Shown: piece after piece, positions 63,764 to 64,000 of the stretch
Layout of the letters: each line of letters starts with the position of its first letter
How positions within the stretch are numbered: position 1 is the first letter of the stretch
NCBI GenBank assembly: GCA_963749915.1
Contig: CAVVOP010000008.1
Span: 736,001 to 800,000 of the forward strand
Source: an uncultured cyanobacterium
GTDB lineage: Bacteria; Cyanobacteriota; Cyanobacteriia; Cyanobacteriales; Cyanobacteriaceae
Length of the DNA: 64,000 nt
Direction: 5' to 3'
Notes under the pieces: model-generated
Told to the model about the DNA's origin: nothing
The model's input: the letters and a program-made list of their open reading frames with translations, nothing else
Database searches by the model: none
Translations under genes and position numbers: made by a program

Positions 63764-64000
63764 CTACTTTTTCAAGGCGATCGCCCTATTGATATAATGG
63801 GCTAGAGTAATGCCGTCGACACCCATTTCTGTGTGTTTTTGTGCCGCTAAAATTCCCCCTTGTTGGTGTAACCATGCCGCCGTAGCGACCACTTCATCAA
63901 CGGAATGTTGGGTTAAATCTGTTTGTGCCACTAAACCGCCGATAAATCCGCTTAACACATCACCGCTTCCTCCCCTTGCTAATGCCGCTGTGCCTTCATT
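63764..64000 (-). CDS. nnr: NAD(P)H-hydrate dehydratase/epimerase Nnr, C-terminal part (truncated by window edge)
   Basis: Frame extends to the window end: NEGTAALARGGSGDVLSGFIGG...AAWLHQQGG (YjeF-C motif). Confidence 0.9.
   Translation of the reverse strand, partial: NEGTAALARGGSGDVLSGFIGGLVAQTDLTQHSVDEVVATAAWLHQQGGILAAQKHTEMGVDGITLAHYINRAIALKK

Overview
This is a low-GC cyanobacterial chromosome segment. Evidence: psaD, ntcA, ndhD1, ndhP, ictB, psrp-3 and about 20 HIP1 GCGATCGC octamers. The repeat landscape suggests a unicellular Geminocystis/Cyanobacterium-like genome, which is inference. The window is mostly housekeeping: topA, cobN, sigA, amiC-murI, nifJ plus a DHOD-like gene, aas, coaD, rodZ, thrB, murD, ftsH3, fabI, ntcA, prfC, futC, tRNA-Tyr/Thr, ndhD1, tlyA, psaD, nadK, an RNase R family gene and partial nnr. 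Two real genes are missing from the ORF track: 6S RNA (23153-23335, minus) and the 40-aa ndhP (45805-45927, minus). I found no CRISPR array, prophage, intact transposase or multi-gene defence system. The most unusual observations are: (1) an in-frame chimeric gene in which an AmiC-type signal peptide replaces the N-terminal domain of a glutathione S-transferase, directly upstream of amiC-murI; (2) a K+ channel gene whose conserved N-terminus has no ATG/GTG/TTG start, only ACG/ATA behind an AGGAG site; (3) several MITEs and IS-end remnants, one carrying an HLR1/RpaB-like motif and one resembling an IS200/IS605 right end; (4) in-frame repeat insertions in cobN and nifJ; (5) a decayed mini-island downstream of tRNA-Thr. 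All family assignments come from recognised motifs, not database searches.
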